This document shows, piece after piece, positions 1 to 11,110 of a stretch of 64,000 nt of DNA. The translations under genes were made by a program, and so were the position numbers. This DNA is from an uncultured Candidatus Binatia bacterium. GTDB taxonomy: Bacteria; Desulfobacterota; Binatia; Bin18. Positions within the stretch are counted from its first letter, which is position 1. Each line of letters opens with the position of its first letter. The stretch spans positions 3,929,879-3,993,878 of the forward strand of contig OZ242288.1 in the NCBI GenBank assembly GCA_965207575.1. Reading direction: 5' to 3'. The notes under the pieces were generated by a model. It searched no databases and was not told the origin of the DNA. It saw only the letters and a program-made list of their open reading frames with translations.

Positions 1-70
1 TCGTGCCACAGCTCACCAGATATTCTTGTGTGGATGCCATCGTCTTCCCTCCTTTACGGCAAGACCTTCG

Positions 71-1834
71 TTACCAACCCACGGCGTACGACGCCCGGCG
101 CGGGTCGGCGCCGCCGGCCAGCACACCGGTTGTTGACTCAACGTGAATGCAGCATACGGCACCAGCCCGCCACACCCAGTCCGGCCACCGGTGCACCTGG
201 TGACCACGCTCGGATAACAGCGCTCCGGTCTCCTCGTCGACACGGCCCTCGATATTCAGCCGACCGGGATGGTAGGCGTGCGGTTCAAAGGAATCCGGGA
301 AGCTGTAGCTGGCAAAGCGTGGCGCTTCGACCGCTTCCTGGGCCTCCATGCCAAAGACCACAGTGTTGAGCAAGGTCTGCAACATGGCCTGAGGCTGAAC
401 ATCACCGCCGGGAGAGCCCAACACCAGAAAGGGGCGTCCGTCGTGCAGGACCAAGGCCGGGTTGGGGGTCAGGCGGGGCCGTTTTCCAGGGGCAACACAG
501 GAAGCATGCTTCGGGTCGGCCCAGGACTGCGAACCGCGTGATGACGGACACACGCCCGTCCCCGGCACGACCGGCATATCAGACGAGGTATCGCTCGGAG
601 TGGCGGAGAAAGCGTTGCCATGCCGGTCTATGACGCAGACGTATGAGGTGTCCAGGCCGGGCTGGGCCGTCTCGTTCGGCGCTGAACTGAGCTCGGCGTC
701 AACCGCCGCCCGGCCGCGCTTGGGGTCGCCGGCCGGTGGCATCTCGGGCCAGGCTTCATTCTCCCGAATCAGGGAACGGCGTTGCTCGGCATAGTCCTTG
801 GACAACAGCTCCTCGATGGGCACCTCAACGAAGCGCGGGTCGCCGTAGTAGCGGTCCCGGTCGGCAAACGCCAGTTTGAGCGCTTCGGTCACCGTGTGAA
901 TATACTGGGGCGAATTGTGGCCCTGGGCCGCAAGATCGTAGCCTTCCAGGAGATTCAACGCTTGCTGCAAGACCGGCCCCTGACACCACGGGCCACAGGC
1001 GTAGACTTCAAGGTCCTGGAATGTCGTCCGCGTTGGGGGCTCTACAGCGACCCGAAACTCGGCCAGGTCTTTGGCGGTCAGCAGCCCGTCATTCTCCGCG
1101 TGAAACTTGACAATCGCCGCGGCAATATCGCCCTGGTAGAAAGCGGCCCGGGCCGCCTGGAGTCCAGCTTCCCGTCCCCGGCTCTGGGCCTGCGCCTCTT
1201 CGTCGGCCATATACTGCAAGGTTCCGGCCAAGTCGGTTTGTTTGAAGATGTCGCCCGGCTGTGGGGCCTGACCGCCGGGCAGATAGATGGCCGCGTTCGA
1301 TGGCCAGCGCCGATACTTGTCGGCATTCGCCTTGATGATGCCTGCGGTAAAAGCATGGATGGGAAATCCGTCGCGCGCAAAACGGATCGCGGCCGCCGCG
1401 ACCTCACCAAACCCCATGGTTCCGTACCGCTCCAGCGCGGTAATCCAGGCGTCGGGCGCGCTGGGTACCACGGTGCGGAGAATACCCGCGGGAATATGGC
1501 CAGCGTGCTTATGCTGAAACATCTCCACCGAGGCGGCCTGCGGCCAGCAACCCAGGCCGCTGATCGTCGTCACCTCACGCCGGTCGGCCAGATACAGGAT
1601 GATTGGGGCCACACCGGCCACATTCACCAGATCACTCTGCAAGACACCCAGAGCGATACCGGCAGCAACACCCGCGTCAACCGCATTGCCACCGGCCTCA
1701 AGAATATGAAAGCCGGCGTGCGCCGCCAAATAGTGACCGGCCGCGACCATGTGGCGGGTGCCCCGGATGGTCGGTCGATGGGCAGCGACGGTTCGTGTTT
1801 CAGTTCCAGCGTCAGACAGACTGTCGATTGACAT
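71..1834 (-). CDS. ggt: gamma-glutamyltransferase (GGT family)
   Basis: 587 aa; GGNAVDAGVAAGIALGV, TSYVCVIDRHGNAFSATPS and GSPGG motifs typical of GGT; last gene of a 5-gene minus-strand operon. Confidence 0.8.
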   Translation of the reverse strand: MSIDSLSDAGTETRTVAAHRPTIRGTRHMVAAGHYLAAHAGFHILEAGGNAVDAGVAAGIALGVLQSDLVNVAGVAPIILYLADRREVTTISGLGCWPQAASVEMFQHKHAGHIPAGILRTVVPSAPDAWITALERYGTMGFGEVAAAAIRFARDGFPIHAFTAGIIKANADKYRRWPSNAAIYLPGGQAPQPGDIFKQTDLAGTLQYMADEEAQAQSRGREAGLQAARAAFYQGDIAAAIVKFHAENDGLLTAKDLAEFRVAVEPPTRTTFQDLEVYACGPWCQGPVLQQALNLLEGYDLAAQGHNSPQYIHTVTEALKLAFADRDRYYGDPRFVEVPIEELLSKDYAEQRRSLIRENEAWPEMPPAGDPKRGRAAVDAELSSAPNETAQPGLDTSYVCVIDRHGNAFSATPSDTSSDMPVVPGTGVCPSSRGSQSWADPKHASCVAPGKRPRLTPNPALVLHDGRPFLVLGSPGGDVQPQAMLQTLLNTVVFGMEAQEAVEAPRFASYSFPDSFEPHAYHPGRLNIEGRVDEETGALLSERGHQVHRWPDWVWRAGAVCCIHVESTTGVLAGGADPRRASYAVGW

Positions 1835-1862
1835 GAGAGATCCCTTCTTCAGCGACGCTTGC

Positions 1863-3317
1863 TCATCCCCACCGTTCTACAACCACCTTCTTTTCCGTAT
1901 AAAAATCGATGGCATCGCGCCCCTGGCCATGCAGATCGCCAAAAAAGCTGTCTTTCCAGCCGCTAAAAGGAAAGAAGGCCATGGGCGCGGCAACGCCGAC
2001 GTTAATCCCCAGGTTGCCCACCTGAGCTTCGTATCGAAATTTTCGGGCCGCCGCCCCGCTCTGGGTAAAGAGACAGGCCATATTGCCGTAGTGCTGGCCG
2101 TTCACCAGGCTGAGCGCGGCGTCAACATCTTTTGCCGACATCACACTCAGGACTGGCCCAAATATCTCAGTGGTTGCGATCTGGCTCCTCGGCTGCACCT
2201 CGGTCAGGATGGTCGGCTTGACGAAATAGCCCTGTTCATAGCTGGCGACCTCGGCCCGGCGGCCGTCAACGATGGCCTGTGCCCCGTCGTCGAGACCGGT
2301 TTGGATAAGCTGTTCAATGCGCGCTTTACTCTCGGCTCGGATCACCGGCCCCATTTCCACTCCGGCGTCCAGCCCGTAGCCCACGTTTCGCCGTATGGCT
2401 ACGTCGGCCATGGCCTCCACAAATGGCTGTTTCGCGTCACCGACCGTGATGGCCAGCGAGGCCGCCAGGCAGCGTTGACCGGCACAGCCAAAGGCCGACT
2501 CGGCCGCGACCTGGGCCACCTCTTCAATATCAGCGTCAGGCAGAACGATAATGGGATTTTTTGCACCGCCCTGACATTGCGCGCGTTTGCCGTTTGCTGT
2601 GGCGCGGGCGTACACCGCCCTGGCAACCGGCGTGGAACCAACCAGGCTGATGGCCCGCACCTCGGGATGATCGACCAAGGCGTCTACGGTTTCCTTTACG
2701 CCGTTCACCAGATTGGCCACGCCTTTGGGCAAACCGGTTTGCTCCAACAGGGCAAAGATCTTTTGGGCGGTGAGGGGCGTTTTGTCCGACGGCTTGAGAA
2801 TAAAGGTGTTCCCACACGCAATGGCATACGGCAGAAACCATAGCGGAATCATCCCCGGAAAATTAAACGGCGTAATCGCCGCCACCACGCCGACCGGCTG
2901 CCGGATCATGGTCTCATCAATACCGCGCGCAATATCCTCGCTGTACAGACCCTGGAGTAAACTGGGGATGCCACAGGCAACCTCGACATTCTCAATGCCG
3001 CGCCGCATTTCTCCAGCCGCTTCGGTATACGTCTTGCCGCATTCATTGGTAATGGTTTGGGCCAAGTCGTCGAGGTGTTCCTCCAACAGCGTCTTGAATG
3101 TGAACAAAAACTGCACCCGCTCACCCGCCGGTGTGCGCCGCCACTCAGGAAAGGCACGGGTGGCCGCCCGGACCGCGGCATCGACATCAGGAGCCGGAGA
3201 GACGGGCAGGCTGGCGATTGCCTGGGCCGTCGCCGGATTCGGAATGGTCAGCGATTCCGTTGCGCTCGAATGACACCACTCACCGTCCAAAAAATTAAGG
3301 AGCTGCGTCGTACTCAT
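1863..3317 (-). CDS. mmsA: CoA-acylating methylmalonate-semialdehyde dehydrogenase-like aldehyde dehydrogenase
   Basis: 484 aa ALDH; C-terminal [35 protein letters not shown] is the MMSDH/IolA signature; GGAGG RBS; 2-nt gap to upstream gene. Confidence 0.7.
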   Translation of the reverse strand: MSTTQLLNFLDGEWCHSSATESLTIPNPATAQAIASLPVSPAPDVDAAVRAATRAFPEWRRTPAGERVQFLFTFKTLLEEHLDDLAQTITNECGKTYTEAAGEMRRGIENVEVACGIPSLLQGLYSEDIARGIDETMIRQPVGVVAAITPFNFPGMIPLWFLPYAIACGNTFILKPSDKTPLTAQKIFALLEQTGLPKGVANLVNGVKETVDALVDHPEVRAISLVGSTPVARAVYARATANGKRAQCQGGAKNPIIVLPDADIEEVAQVAAESAFGCAGQRCLAASLAITVGDAKQPFVEAMADVAIRRNVGYGLDAGVEMGPVIRAESKARIEQLIQTGLDDGAQAIVDGRRAEVASYEQGYFVKPTILTEVQPRSQIATTEIFGPVLSVMSAKDVDAALSLVNGQHYGNMACLFTQSGAAARKFRYEAQVGNLGINVGVAAPMAFFPFSGWKDSFFGDLHGQGRDAIDFYTEKKVVVERWG

Positions 3318-3319
3318 CC

Positions 3320-3892
3320 CTATTTTTCCTCCGATTTGCCCATATTGCTTTGAATGACTTGAGCGACTGCCGGCCAGGCAATATCACCCAACTCAACCCG
3401 AGGATGTTCTATCTGACAGGCGGGACAGACGCGCAGTGCAGGGTCGGTATTGAACTGCTGAACCGCTTGCCAATAGGCCGTCTGGGGGATTTCAGCCTGG
3501 GTATCAATAGACTGCCAATGCACGACAGCCCGGCAGTCGGGGCAGTACCACACGACTGCTTCTCTGCCTGGGGTCTCGGCTTTGAAGCGGACCTGCAAAC
3601 TCGGGGTATGGGTTATCACCCGACTGGGAATACCGGCCGGAATATAGACACTGTCCCCCACCGCAAGCTGCCATTGCTCCGGCCGCTCCCCCCCGACCCA
3701 CACCTCTCCCTCTCCGGTCAGGTTGATCAAGGTCTGGTCTTGGTCGCTCACCAGAAAGAACGGCTGCGAGATCGTATTCCGACTGAGATGCGGCATGGGA
3801 TCAATGCCAGGCGGCAGAGCGGGGAAATCATCGAACGACCCCCAGAGGTGCTCGGCCGCCTCAAAGAGCTGCACCATGCGTCTGCGTTCCAT
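3320..3892 (-). CDS. 3-hydroxyanthranilate-3,4-dioxygenase-like cupin with C-terminal Cys4 rubredoxin-like tail; lacks N-terminal GGPN region and His ligands
   Basis: start moved to internal ATG (MERRRMVQ) with GGGGGAG RBS; cupin core [12 protein letters not shown]; C-terminal WYCPDC...RVCPACQ resembles the HAO Cys4 site. Confidence 0.45.
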   Translation of the reverse strand: MERRRMVQLFEAAEHLWGSFDDFPALPPGIDPMPHLSRNTISQPFFLVSDQDQTLINLTGEGEVWVGGERPEQWQLAVGDSVYIPAGIPSRVITHTPSLQVRFKAETPGREAVVWYCPDCRAVVHWQSIDTQAEIPQTAYWQAVQQFNTDPALRVCPACQIEHPRVELGDIAWPAVAQVIQSNMGKSEEK

Positions 3893-3903
3893 AACCGCTC
3901 CCC

Positions 3904-4584
3904 CTACCCGTCGCGCGCGGCGCGCTGCTCGCTTGCTGTCCGGGCGCGGTTGGCAACCGCAACCTGCTGAGCGTAGCGTCGCCAGCCAAGCTGCTCGGCA
4001 GGAAAGGGCGCCTGTATATGACCGCACTTGGGACACGCCCGAGCCGAAGCGTTGAACGCCTCAACCGCATCGGCATAGAAACCGAGCGCATAGAACTCCG
4101 GGTAATACGGCCGCTCCGGCCCGCGCTTGATATTGGTCTCGCGCCGATAGACGACCTCGTTGCACTGCTCGCATCGAATCACAAATCCCTCGTTTTGATT
4201 GTCCTGGGAGTTCATGCGAATGGTAATCAGCACGACCATATAAGCGTGTTCGTTCGCCAGGTCTTTCAAGAAATTGTTCACCCCGTGCATATTGGGCAGC
4301 ACCATCATCTGGCCCGCCTGGAGCGCACTGTCTTCGCCCGCGAGACAGAGGAGTACTTCAGGGACGACGTTCTCGTGAAAAAACTGGAACTTTCTGGCGT
4401 TCGGCCCGCCGATTGAGACACTCAGACACGGCACGATCGCCCCATCATCAAGATAAGGAAAAACCGGTACAAGCTCCAAGGTACCGGTCGCGTGCACGAC
4501 TTCCTCAAACAGGTTTTTCTTGACCGGCCTTTTGCCCGGCACGAGCGGCGGCCCAAACCAGACTTCCTGAGCGGCGGCTGTCAT
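3904..4584 (-). CDS. 3-hydroxyanthranilate 3,4-dioxygenase-like cupin (full length, GGPN motif, C-terminal CxxC..CxxC)
   Basis: 226 aa; SVSIGGPNARKFQFFHENVVPE parallels the HAO N-terminal metal region; MMVLPNMHG; RCEQCNEVV...ACPKCGH Cys4; AGGAG RBS; overlaps upstream LLM stop by 4 nt. Confidence 0.5.
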   Translation of the reverse strand: MTAAAQEVWFGPPLVPGKRPVKKNLFEEVVHATGTLELVPVFPYLDDGAIVPCLSVSIGGPNARKFQFFHENVVPEVLLCLAGEDSALQAGQMMVLPNMHGVNNFLKDLANEHAYMVVLITIRMNSQDNQNEGFVIRCEQCNEVVYRRETNIKRGPERPYYPEFYALGFYADAVEAFNASARACPKCGHIQAPFPAEQLGWRRYAQQVAVANRARTASEQRAARDG

Positions 4585-5678
4585 ATCCGCTCCTGTACGC
4601 TCTGTCCGTTGACCATCGGAATGCGGGCTTCAACCGCCGGAAACGCCGGCATGACTTCCTCGGCAAACAACCGCATGGAGTTCTGGATTTGCGCCTGACT
4701 GAGACTGCCGTAGGCAAAAAAGAGAATCATATACCGGAGGTCTGGCAAAAACTCCTGATGGCGCTGAATCAACCGCACACAGGTTTCCGGGCTGCCGATC
4801 AGGAGCATACCCAGGTCTATGAGTTCAGTCAGGTCGCCTCTGGCCGCGGCATCAAATGTTCCCTTGAGATAGGCGTAGGAAGACGACTGTGCCATTTCAG
4901 CCGGTTTGGCGAGCTTGAGGAGTTGCTGCCAACGCGTGGCGAGCGTCGGGAGGACCTCCGCTTTTGCCTGCTCATCCGTAGCAGCCAGATACACGTGCCG
5001 TGTCGGCACTAAACCCACATGATCAATCCTGTGGCCATGCCGGGCATTTTCCTCCTGGTATATCTCCCAGTGCTGCTGCATGGTCGGGAGTAGGGTATAC
5101 ACCTCCATACACGGATAGTTATGTTTCGCCGCCCAGCGGACGGACGGTTCGGATAGGCCCGCGGTCCAGACCGGGGGATGGGGTTTTTGGACCGGTCGGA
5201 GTTCCAGGCTCGTCTCAGGAATATCAATAAATCGGCCGCTGTAAGAAAAGGTGGGCTGCGTCCAGGCACGAATGACGGCTTCGTGGGTTTCGTCAAAAAT
5301 CTCACGACTCTGGTTATGGTCCACCTTCCAGGGGATAAATTCTCCGGGCTGGATGCCCCGGCCTATGCCCCACAGCAAGCGGCCGTTACTCATCATATCC
5401 AGCATGGCCCCCTCTTCGGCCAAACGGAGCGGATGATGAAACGGCAGGACATTCACCGCCGGGCCGAGCTTGATGCGACTGGTCCGCTGAGCGGCCGAAG
5501 CCACCATCAGGTTGGGCGAGGCAATCATGCTGTAAGTGGAAAAGTGGTGTTCGGCAAACCAAAAACTGTCATAGCCGAGCTGTTCGGCGTACACGACTTG
5601 TTCCAGGTTTTCCTGGAATAGCTGCTGGACACTGCGCTCGTCGGCTTTTGTTACGGTAGAAAAAATCCCGAATTTCAC
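4581..5678 (-). CDS. LLM-class flavin-dependent oxidoreductase (luciferase-like monooxygenase)
   Basis: 365 aa; N-terminal MKFGIF...AEQLGYDSFWFAEHH typical LLM; GTG start with GGGAGG RBS; first gene of the minus-strand operon. Confidence 0.8.
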   Translation of the reverse strand: MKFGIFSTVTKADERSVQQLFQENLEQVVYAEQLGYDSFWFAEHHFSTYSMIASPNLMVASAAQRTSRIKLGPAVNVLPFHHPLRLAEEGAMLDMMSNGRLLWGIGRGIQPGEFIPWKVDHNQSREIFDETHEAVIRAWTQPTFSYSGRFIDIPETSLELRPVQKPHPPVWTAGLSEPSVRWAAKHNYPCMEVYTLLPTMQQHWEIYQEENARHGHRIDHVGLVPTRHVYLAATDEQAKAEVLPTLATRWQQLLKLAKPAEMAQSSSYAYLKGTFDAAARGDLTELIDLGMLLIGSPETCVRLIQRHQEFLPDLRYMILFFAYGSLSQAQIQNSMRLFAEEVMPAFPAVEARIPMVNGQSVQERI

Positions 5679-5834
5679 CGAGCCCTCCCTTTTCCAGAAC
5701 CGTTTTCCTCTCTACGCCCTTTTCCCCCCTATTGGCAAGACACGTAGTTTCGAGCACCTGAAACTATTTTTTCATTGACACCAAGTCTGAGATGGACTAG
5801 AGCGATTTCATGTCCTTTGCATGAAAGGCGCGCC

Positions 5835-8108
5835 ATGACTCTTTCCACCCAAGAGACGACAGCCGTCAGGCCCGTCATATGTTGTAGCTGTTCTCAGCAG
5901 TGTGGCGTGCTTGCCCACGTGACGGACGGGCGCATTACCGAGATCAGCGGCGATGCGGCGCATCCGATCAGCCAGGGGTTTGTCTGTATCAAGGGCCGCC
6001 GGGCCGCCGAACTGCACTATCAGGAGGGACGCGTCCACTGGCCACTCAAACGCACCGGGCAACGGGGAGAGGGAGCCTGGCAGCAGGTCAGCTGGGACGA
6101 CGCCCTGGACGATATTGCCGCACGACTCCAAACCCTGAAGCACCAGCACGGTCCTGAGAGTGTTGCCGTCACCTTCGGCACGTTTCATGGCGCGGACTGG
6201 GGCCTTGGCGAGCGCTTTCTGAACCTTTTCGGCAGCCCCAACAGCGCCGGACAGGATAAAATCTGCTCCGGCCCAACAACCATGGCCGAGGCCCTGACCT
6301 ATGGCTATGGCCCGACCGCGCATACTTCTCCCGTCCCCGGCCTGACGAAATGCATAGTGCTGTGGGGGATGCGGCCGAGTGCTTCGGTGCCCCTCCTGTG
6401 GAAGCAGATCGTCAAAGCCCACCGCCGGGGAGCCACACTCATTGTGGTTGACCCCCACTACACGACCGAGGCAAAGCGGGCCGATCTATGGTTGCAGCTC
6501 CGTCCAGGGACGGATGGGGCCTTAGCCTTGGGCTGGCTCTCGGTTCTGATTGAAGAAGGTCTGTACGACCGGGAGTTTGTCGAGCAGTACACCACCGGGT
6601 TCGACGCCTTGCAGCAACACGTGGCCGCCTATTCGCCGCAGCGGGCTGCCGAACTCACCTGGGTCCCAAAAGAACTCCTGGTCAAAGCCGCCCGGCTGTT
6701 TGCCCGCAACCGGCCAGGCATCATCAATAGTGGCAACGGGGTGTGCCAGCTCGGCCCGGCGAGCCTCCAGGCTGCACGGGCAATTGCCTGTCTGGTGGCC
6801 ATCAGCGGCAATCTGGATCGGGAGGGCGGCCACTCCCTGTCCGGCCCTCCCCGGCAGGTCGTGGCAAACGGGGATGTGATGCTGATGGACCGACTGCCCG
6901 AAGAACAGTGGCGCAAGCGACTGGGGATCGATCGCTTTCGTCTTCTGGGCGACGGGTATAAACAGCTTGATGCGGCCATGGCACCGGCCTGGCACGGCAA
7001 GCACCACCTGCTGAGTTGGACGGCTTCGGCCCATGAGCCCAGCCTGTGGCAGGCGATTACCCAGGGCGAGCCGTACCCGGTCAAGGGGCTGTTTGTCCAG
7101 CACCATAATCCGCTGGGTGGGAGTGGCAATGCCAGGCGGGTCGAGCAAGCGCTGCGGAGTGCCAACCTGGAACTGCTGGTGGTCCACGACCTGTTTCTGT
7201 CTCCGACCGCGCAGTTGGCCGACTACGTCCTGCCAGCCAGCCACTGGCTCGAGAAGCCGTCCTTCTCCACCGGCCTCGGCTATATGGGCACCGCCGGCGA
7301 TTACGCCGCGGCGAGCCACGCAGCCATCGAGCCCGAGTATGGTCACCGGAACGATTATGAGCTGTGGAGAGACCTCGGGCGGCGGCTGGGTCAGGAGGCC
7401 GACTGGCCGGAAACCGTTGAGGAGTTCTGGGATACCTGTCTGCGACCGGCCGGCCTCAGCTTTCACACCCTTGCTCAGCAGAGCGGGCCGTGGATGTCCG
7501 CTACGCCACGCTACGGAAAATTCGTTGATCGGTCGGCCCAGGACGATGAACCGCGCTTTGGAACCCCATCCGGGCGGGTGGAGTTACGCTCAGCCATCCT
7601 GACCGACCTCGACTACCCGGCCCTGCCCGTCTACGAGGAACCGGAAATCTTTACGCGCTGGTCGACCGACTATCCGCTGGTGCTGACAACCGGAGGGCGG
7701 GTGATCGAAGGCTTTCACCAGAACAGTCAGCAGATGCCCTGGTTCCGTAAGAAGTATCCCCACCCGGTGGTTCAGCTTCACCCGCACGCCGCGGCGGAAC
7801 TCGGCATTGAGGACGGAATGTGGATCACCATCGAGACCCCAATCGGCAGCGTGCGGCACGTCGCCCGCCTGGATGACACCCTCCATCCGCGCGTCGTCCA
7901 GGCCGACCGCTGGTGGTATCCCGAGCGTCCGGGACAGGCCCCGGAGCTGTACGGTCTGTGGGAAACTAATATCAATGTGTGTACCGACGATGACCCGGCG
8001 CAGTGTGACCCCATGATGGGCACCTGGCTGCTGCGCGGCCTCCCCTGCCGTCTGGTCAAGGCGGAGCCGGCCACCGCCATCGGGTCTTCAGAAACAACGA
8101 GGCAATAA
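5835..8108 (+). CDS. molybdopterin (MopB superfamily) oxidoreductase, formate-dehydrogenase-like, cytoplasmic
   Basis: start moved to MTLSTQE; N-terminal CCSCSQQCGV...ISQGFVCIKG 4Fe-4S cysteine motif of molybdopterin oxidoreductases; ~758 aa; no twin-arginine signal. Confidence 0.7.
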   Translation: MTLSTQETTAVRPVICCSCSQQCGVLAHVTDGRITEISGDAAHPISQGFVCIKGRRAAELHYQEGRVHWPLKRTGQRGEGAWQQVSWDDALDDIAARLQTLKHQHGPESVAVTFGTFHGADWGLGERFLNLFGSPNSAGQDKICSGPTTMAEALTYGYGPTAHTSPVPGLTKCIVLWGMRPSASVPLLWKQIVKAHRRGATLIVVDPHYTTEAKRADLWLQLRPGTDGALALGWLSVLIEEGLYDREFVEQYTTGFDALQQHVAAYSPQRAAELTWVPKELLVKAARLFARNRPGIINSGNGVCQLGPASLQAARAIACLVAISGNLDREGGHSLSGPPRQVVANGDVMLMDRLPEEQWRKRLGIDRFRLLGDGYKQLDAAMAPAWHGKHHLLSWTASAHEPSLWQAITQGEPYPVKGLFVQHHNPLGGSGNARRVEQALRSANLELLVVHDLFLSPTAQLADYVLPASHWLEKPSFSTGLGYMGTAGDYAAASHAAIEPEYGHRNDYELWRDLGRRLGQEADWPETVEEFWDTCLRPAGLSFHTLAQQSGPWMSATPRYGKFVDRSAQDDEPRFGTPSGRVELRSAILTDLDYPALPVYEEPEIFTRWSTDYPLVLTTGGRVIEGFHQNSQQMPWFRKKYPHPVVQLHPHAAAELGIEDGMWITIETPIGSVRHVARLDDTLHPRVVQADRWWYPERPGQAPELYGLWETNINVCTDDDPAQCDPMMGTWLLRGLPCRLVKAEPATAIGSSETTRQ

Positions 8109-8150
8109 CATCTCAACCATCTCACCCATCTAACAAAGGAGGGAGCAGAC

Positions 8151-8621
8151 ATGAACGCTGACGATCTCGCCCAACGCATTCAAACCCTGGAGAGCATTGA
8201 AGCCATCAAAAAGCTCAAAGCTCGCTACTGTGCCTTCTGCGACAATCAATACGACGCGGACGGCATTGCCGAACTGTTTACCGAGGACGCGGTCTGGGAC
8301 GGCGGAAAATTTGGCAAGCACGAAGGCCGTGAGGCCATCCGCACCTTCTTTCAGGGCGCGTCTGAAATTTTTCCTTTTGCGGTCCACAACGTCATGAACC
8401 CCATTATTGAGGTAGACACGGACACCGCCACGGGCCAGTGGTACCTGTTTCAGCCCTGCACCCTGGCCGAGGACAACCAGGCCGCCTGGCTGACCGGTCG
8501 CTACGAAGAGCGCTACGAGAAGCGGGACGGCGAGTGGAAATTCAAACACCTCAGCGTGACGCCCTTCTTCTTTACGCCATACGGCGACGGCTGGGTGAAA
8601 ACACCTTTCCTCGGCCAGTAG
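8151..8621 (+). CDS. SnoaL-like / NTF2-fold protein
   Basis: 156 aa; AIKKLKARYCAFCDNQYDADGIAELFTEDAVWDGG pattern of SnoaL_4/NTF2; AAGGAGGG RBS; paralog of 52974..53411. Confidence 0.65.
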   Translation: MNADDLAQRIQTLESIEAIKKLKARYCAFCDNQYDADGIAELFTEDAVWDGGKFGKHEGREAIRTFFQGASEIFPFAVHNVMNPIIEVDTDTATGQWYLFQPCTLAEDNQAAWLTGRYEERYEKRDGEWKFKHLSVTPFFFTPYGDGWVKTPFLGQ

Positions 8622-8642
8622 TAAGAGCGAAGAGGAGCGTCC

Positions 8643-9443
8643 ATGCCATTCGTTGAAAGGGAGCACGGGATACGCGTGCATTACGACGATTATGGGCAGG
8701 GTCGGCCGCTCGTTTTTCTGCACGGGTATTCCTGCAACGCCTGGATATGGACCTACCAGGTCCCGCTCCTGGCCCACCGCTATCGCTGCATCGTGATCGA
8801 AGCTCGGGGCCACGGACGTTCGAGCAAGCCGCTGAGCGGGTATTCCATTCAGGAGATGGCGGCCGACGATGCCGCCGTGCTGGCCGCCTTGGGTATTGAC
8901 CGTGCGATTCTGGTTGGCAATTCCATGGGCGGCATGCGGGCCATGCAGATATGCCTGGACAACCCGGACCTCGTCGCCGGCAATCTGATTATCAGCAGCG
9001 CGACGAATCTGACCCGGTTTGTGGATTCGACCGATCTGCTGAGAGACTTGCGGACCAAATACGAAGAGATGACCGACGAGTTTGTGCGGCGGTGTTTTTC
9101 GCAGCGGACGCGGCACGAGCGGCCCGAGATCTGTCGCCTACTCAAAAACAACCTACTCGATCCTGTCGCCTTTCCGCGGCGCGTGGCCTGCGCCCTCGTC
9201 GAACATCCAGACGGCGTGTGGAATTGGGATATTACGCCCAGGCTCGCGGAGATTACTCAGCCCACGCTGATCGTAGTGGGCGAAGAGGACGAGGCCACGC
9301 CGGTTGAAGCCAACCAGATTCTGGCCGAGCACATGCCCAACGCGGACTTGCAGATCGTCACCGACGTTGCCCATATGTACCAGATTGAGCAGCCGCTGGC
9401 ATTCAACCAGACCCTGGAGACCTTTGTGACCCAACGCGGATGA
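8643..9443 (+). CDS. alpha/beta-fold hydrolase
   Basis: 266 aa; VFLHGYSCNAWIW...GHGRS and nucleophile elbow GNSMGG. Confidence 0.8.
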   Translation: MPFVEREHGIRVHYDDYGQGRPLVFLHGYSCNAWIWTYQVPLLAHRYRCIVIEARGHGRSSKPLSGYSIQEMAADDAAVLAALGIDRAILVGNSMGGMRAMQICLDNPDLVAGNLIISSATNLTRFVDSTDLLRDLRTKYEEMTDEFVRRCFSQRTRHERPEICRLLKNNLLDPVAFPRRVACALVEHPDGVWNWDITPRLAEITQPTLIVVGEEDEATPVEANQILAEHMPNADLQIVTDVAHMYQIEQPLAFNQTLETFVTQRG

Positions 9444-9453
9444 GGACCCACCT

Positions 9454-10024
<571 letters not shown>

Positions 10025-10064
10025 AAAGAATGAGCAATACGCCCAGGCAAATAAGGAGGGATTC

Positions 10065-11102
10065 ATGCGCTTTGGGTTTTTCGATCAGTTGCCATGCGCG
10101 CCCACACAATCAGAGCGCCAGCGCTACCACGATATTCTGGCCCAGATTCGCCTGGGCGATGCGGTCGGCTTTGATACCGTCTGGCTGGGCGAACTGCACT
10201 TTGGGCCGAGCACCTCGATTATGGCCTCGCCACTGATGGTGCTGGCAACCGCGGCCCAGCATACCGAGCGTATCCGTCTGGGCACCGCCGTCACCCTTCT
10301 GCCGCTGCACAGCCCGATGAAAATGGCGGAAGAAGCGGCCACCGCCGATATTCTGAGCGGCGGACGGCTGGAGTTCGGCGTCGGACGCGGCACCGCGCCG
10401 GTGCATTACCAAGGTTATAACGTGCCTATGGAAGAGAGTCGGGAGCGCTTTGCGGAAGCCCTCGACGTGATTCGCACCGCCTGGACAACGGACCGCCTGT
10501 CCTATCAGGGCAAATACTTCCAGGCCGAGGACCTGCCGGTCGTGCCGCGCCCCATTCAGCAGCCCTACCCTCCGATACGCATGGCGGCAAACAGCCCGGA
10601 CACCTTTGCTTTAGCCGGTCAACTCGGCCTGTCGATCTTTGCCTCTCCGCTGATTAACCCGCCCGACAAACTGCGCGGCTATATCGCGGAGTATCAGAGC
10701 AATCTAAATCCCGGCGTCCGGCCCGATGTCGCGCTGATGTTTCCCGTCCACGTTGCCGACAGCCGGGCCAAAGCCCGAGAAGAATACGAACCAAGCCTGG
10801 TGAATTTTTTTCGCGCTGCGGGAGAACGGCTCCGTCCGCTCGGCAAAACCACCATCAAAAGCTACGAAGCCTTTCAACAGATAGTGGAGCGCTTGGAGCG
10901 GGTCAACTATGAGGGATTGGACGACAAGATGGGTGCCTTCGGCGATCCGGATTACTGCATCGAACGCATTCGGCACTTCAAGCAGGAATTTCCGATGACC
11001 GAGTTTATTGGCTATTTCAACCAGGGCGGGCTGGTCGATCACACTATCGTCAAACGCTCGATGGAGCGTTTTGCCAAGGAAGTCATTCCGCACTGTCGGT
11101 AA
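10065..11102 (+). CDS. LLM-class flavin-dependent oxidoreductase
   Basis: 345 aa; MRFGFF...GFDTVWLGELHF; AAGGAGGG RBS. Confidence 0.8.
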   Translation: MRFGFFDQLPCAPTQSERQRYHDILAQIRLGDAVGFDTVWLGELHFGPSTSIMASPLMVLATAAQHTERIRLGTAVTLLPLHSPMKMAEEAATADILSGGRLEFGVGRGTAPVHYQGYNVPMEESRERFAEALDVIRTAWTTDRLSYQGKYFQAEDLPVVPRPIQQPYPPIRMAANSPDTFALAGQLGLSIFASPLINPPDKLRGYIAEYQSNLNPGVRPDVALMFPVHVADSRAKAREEYEPSLVNFFRAAGERLRPLGKTTIKSYEAFQQIVERLERVNYEGLDDKMGAFGDPDYCIERIRHFKQEFPMTEFIGYFNQGGLVDHTIVKRSMERFAKEVIPHCR

Positions 11103-11110
11103 GCCTACGG

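Noticed and set aside
782-1831. Long antisense or alternative-frame ORFs inside large genes. Examples: 782..1831 (+), 1749..2843 (+), 6522..7466 (-), 21284..22141 (-), 27389..29050 (-), 57163..58020 (-), 58095..59105 (-).
   Set aside because: These are typical spurious ORFs in high-GC DNA. They sit opposite genes with clear family identity and have no RBS or domain signal.
5679-5834. Divergent promoter with TTGACA at ~5776 between the LLM operon and the Mo oxidoreductase gene
   Set aside because: No convincing -10 hexamer lies at 16-18 bp spacing, so it is not reported as a feature.
8109-8150. Triple 9-nt repeat CATCTCAAC / CATCTCACC / CATCTAAC just upstream of the SnoaL RBS
   Set aside because: It is too short and degenerate to assign a function; it is probably chance in a short leader.
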